DNA from: Girardia tigrina
Taxonomy: Eukaryota
Direction: 5' to 3'
NCBI GenBank assembly: GCA_001938485.1
Contig: MQRK01202104.1
Coordinates: forward strand, 1-64,000
DNA length: 64,000 nt
Under the pieces are notes generated by a model, which worked only from the letters and a program-made list of their open reading frames with translations, did not search any database and was not told where the DNA came from. Position numbers and translations under genes: made by a program. The stretch's first letter is position 1, and the number at the start of each line of letters is the position of its first letter. Positions 62,691 through 64,000 of this stretch are shown one piece after another.

Positions 62691-63639
62691 ATATAATGTT
62701 GTTTGATTAGAATCTAATTGCGAAGACTGTAAAACTAAATTAATATTATTGTGTATCAGTTTAAGTTGACCACCAATTCCTCATACTGTCATAAACGATC
62801 GGTTTCCTCTAAATATCACAACACTAAAAGTTAGATTCAAAGATATTTAAAGAGAATAATAGTCTTTACTATTTTATACATACATGATAATGTTCAAATT
62901 TTGCTAGAAACATTTTTCCTGATAAAATTTAATGTTATTATTTATTCCAGAAAAATATTAAAAATTTTAAAATATTTAAACCTTTCGAAAATAATATAAA
63001 TTAATCAATTTATTCATTAATATTATGTCCCAGAACACGACAGTCAGAAAATTCAACAATATGGTGTGCTTATACTCTATTTTATTTCAGTAATTACATT
63101 GTTGATCTATGGAATTCAATATAAAATAATTTTTTTATCCTCTGAAAAGCAAAAAAAAATAAACTTTGAAAAAATAAAGAGTAATCTTGAAACAGCTGAA
63201 AAGCAATTAAAAGTTACAATTTCAAACTCATTTCTGTATAAATTTAATTTTCGTCTTGAACTTATACATTTATATAAATCTCCAATTTTTTCTTTTGTTT
63301 TCTTTTGACGAAGCTTTTTTTTTAAAATCGAAGTATTTTGACCAAAAGAAATTTTTAAGTATTGTTTTAGCAAATTGTAATAATACAATAATTTTTTCTG
63401 AATATTTTATCATCATTATGCACAAAATGTTAATTCAGCGTTTATTAATATTGTGATTTGCTTTTGAGAATTATTTTATTGACACATATAATGTCAACCA
63501 CATTAAATGTGTCAAAAGATTTCATACGATCATAAATTTGAACAGATTAAGTTATACACTCTTATAATAGTCTTATTTCTAAACATGATGTTAATAATTA
63601 TTGCAAAAAAATGTTACATGAATTTATAAGAATACTTAC

Positions 63640-63795
63640 ATCCGTCTTCAGTATGATATTTCTTCTTTAGTTTGTCCAGTTTTTCTTGATCTCTGCTTAG
63701 AGTTTGGTTTCGTTTCATCGATAATGTTTTATCAATCCCGGGAGATAAATCCGTTTTTTCTCTAATGAGGGAGTATTCGTCATAGTTATAAATAC
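63640..63795 (-). CDS. TLN: Talin exon 1 in window (F1 and F1 loop)
   Basis: (G)IYNYDEYSLIREK...RDQEKLDKLKKKYHTEDG; TAG acceptor, GTAAGT donor; 156 nt. Confidence 0.93.
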
Positions 63796-64000
63796 CTAAT
63801 TATTAAGATAATATCAATTGTAAAGTTAATTAAAATTTAATTTACAAATGATAAAAATTAAATTATGATCATAAAATCAAAAAGAAAACAACATTTCAGC
63901 AATTTACACAAGATAAAAGAAGAATCATTGAAAAAACAACCGAAGGTAGAGACGAAGTTTAGAGATACATCATAGCAGACATCAAAGCAGAAGATGAACT

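Larger units (their letters stand above)
3771..63795 (-). other. TLN: Talin gene, partial (21 coding exons, FERM F1 to rod R8; both ends outside the window)
   Basis: The spliced exons give a continuous 4400-nt frame collinear with talin: GIYNYDEYSLIRE, FFSDMNVDSRDPIQLSLLY, NGTHPV, SLKTYGITFFLVKEK, KNKLIPRLLG, QLIAGYIDIILK, VAPTIEQPVCQEQL, LVQAARGVAA, LPGQRDLD, PGQKECDKA, AAQTAYLVG. All introns are GT-AG and phases agree. Confidence 0.97.

Noticed and set aside
3771-63795. Non-standard genetic code or non-canonical (U12, GC-AG) introns in talin
   Set aside because: All 21 exons translate without stops in the standard code, and all introns are GT-AG without U12 donor motifs.

Overview
This is very AT-rich animal genomic DNA with four N gaps. 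Nearly the whole window is the interior of one minus-strand talin gene. I traced 21 coding exons (63795 down to 3771) with GT-AG boundaries and consistent phases, 4400 nt in total, running from the FERM F1 loop through F2-F3, the linker and rod R1 to the start of R8. The 5' end (F0) and the C-terminal rod lie outside the window. Introns are bimodal: 42-76 nt or 0.7-12.4 kb. The long introns hold nested transposable elements: Gypsy LTR elements and solo LTRs, mariner, Tc1, maT and pogo elements, MULE and hAT remnants, Helitrons, piggyBac and Harbinger-type MITEs, and an RTE LINE tail. The most unusual observations are: (1) a 72-nt 'mini-5S rRNA' that keeps the L5-binding arm and is re-closed by a new terminal stem; (2) an LTR family with TG...TA termini whose TSD-flanked solo copies all sit inside other transposons, and whose gag frame runs through the PBS; (3) a Tc1 whose TIRs carry inverted rather than direct internal repeats; (4) a dense RFX X-box-like cluster; and (5) talin peculiarities, namely frequent AAG acceptors, an R3 threonine-belt substitution and loop insertions. 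The species cannot be determined from the sequence alone; the style suggests an AT-rich invertebrate such as a flatworm, which is inference only. All family assignments are from recalled motifs, and no searches were run.
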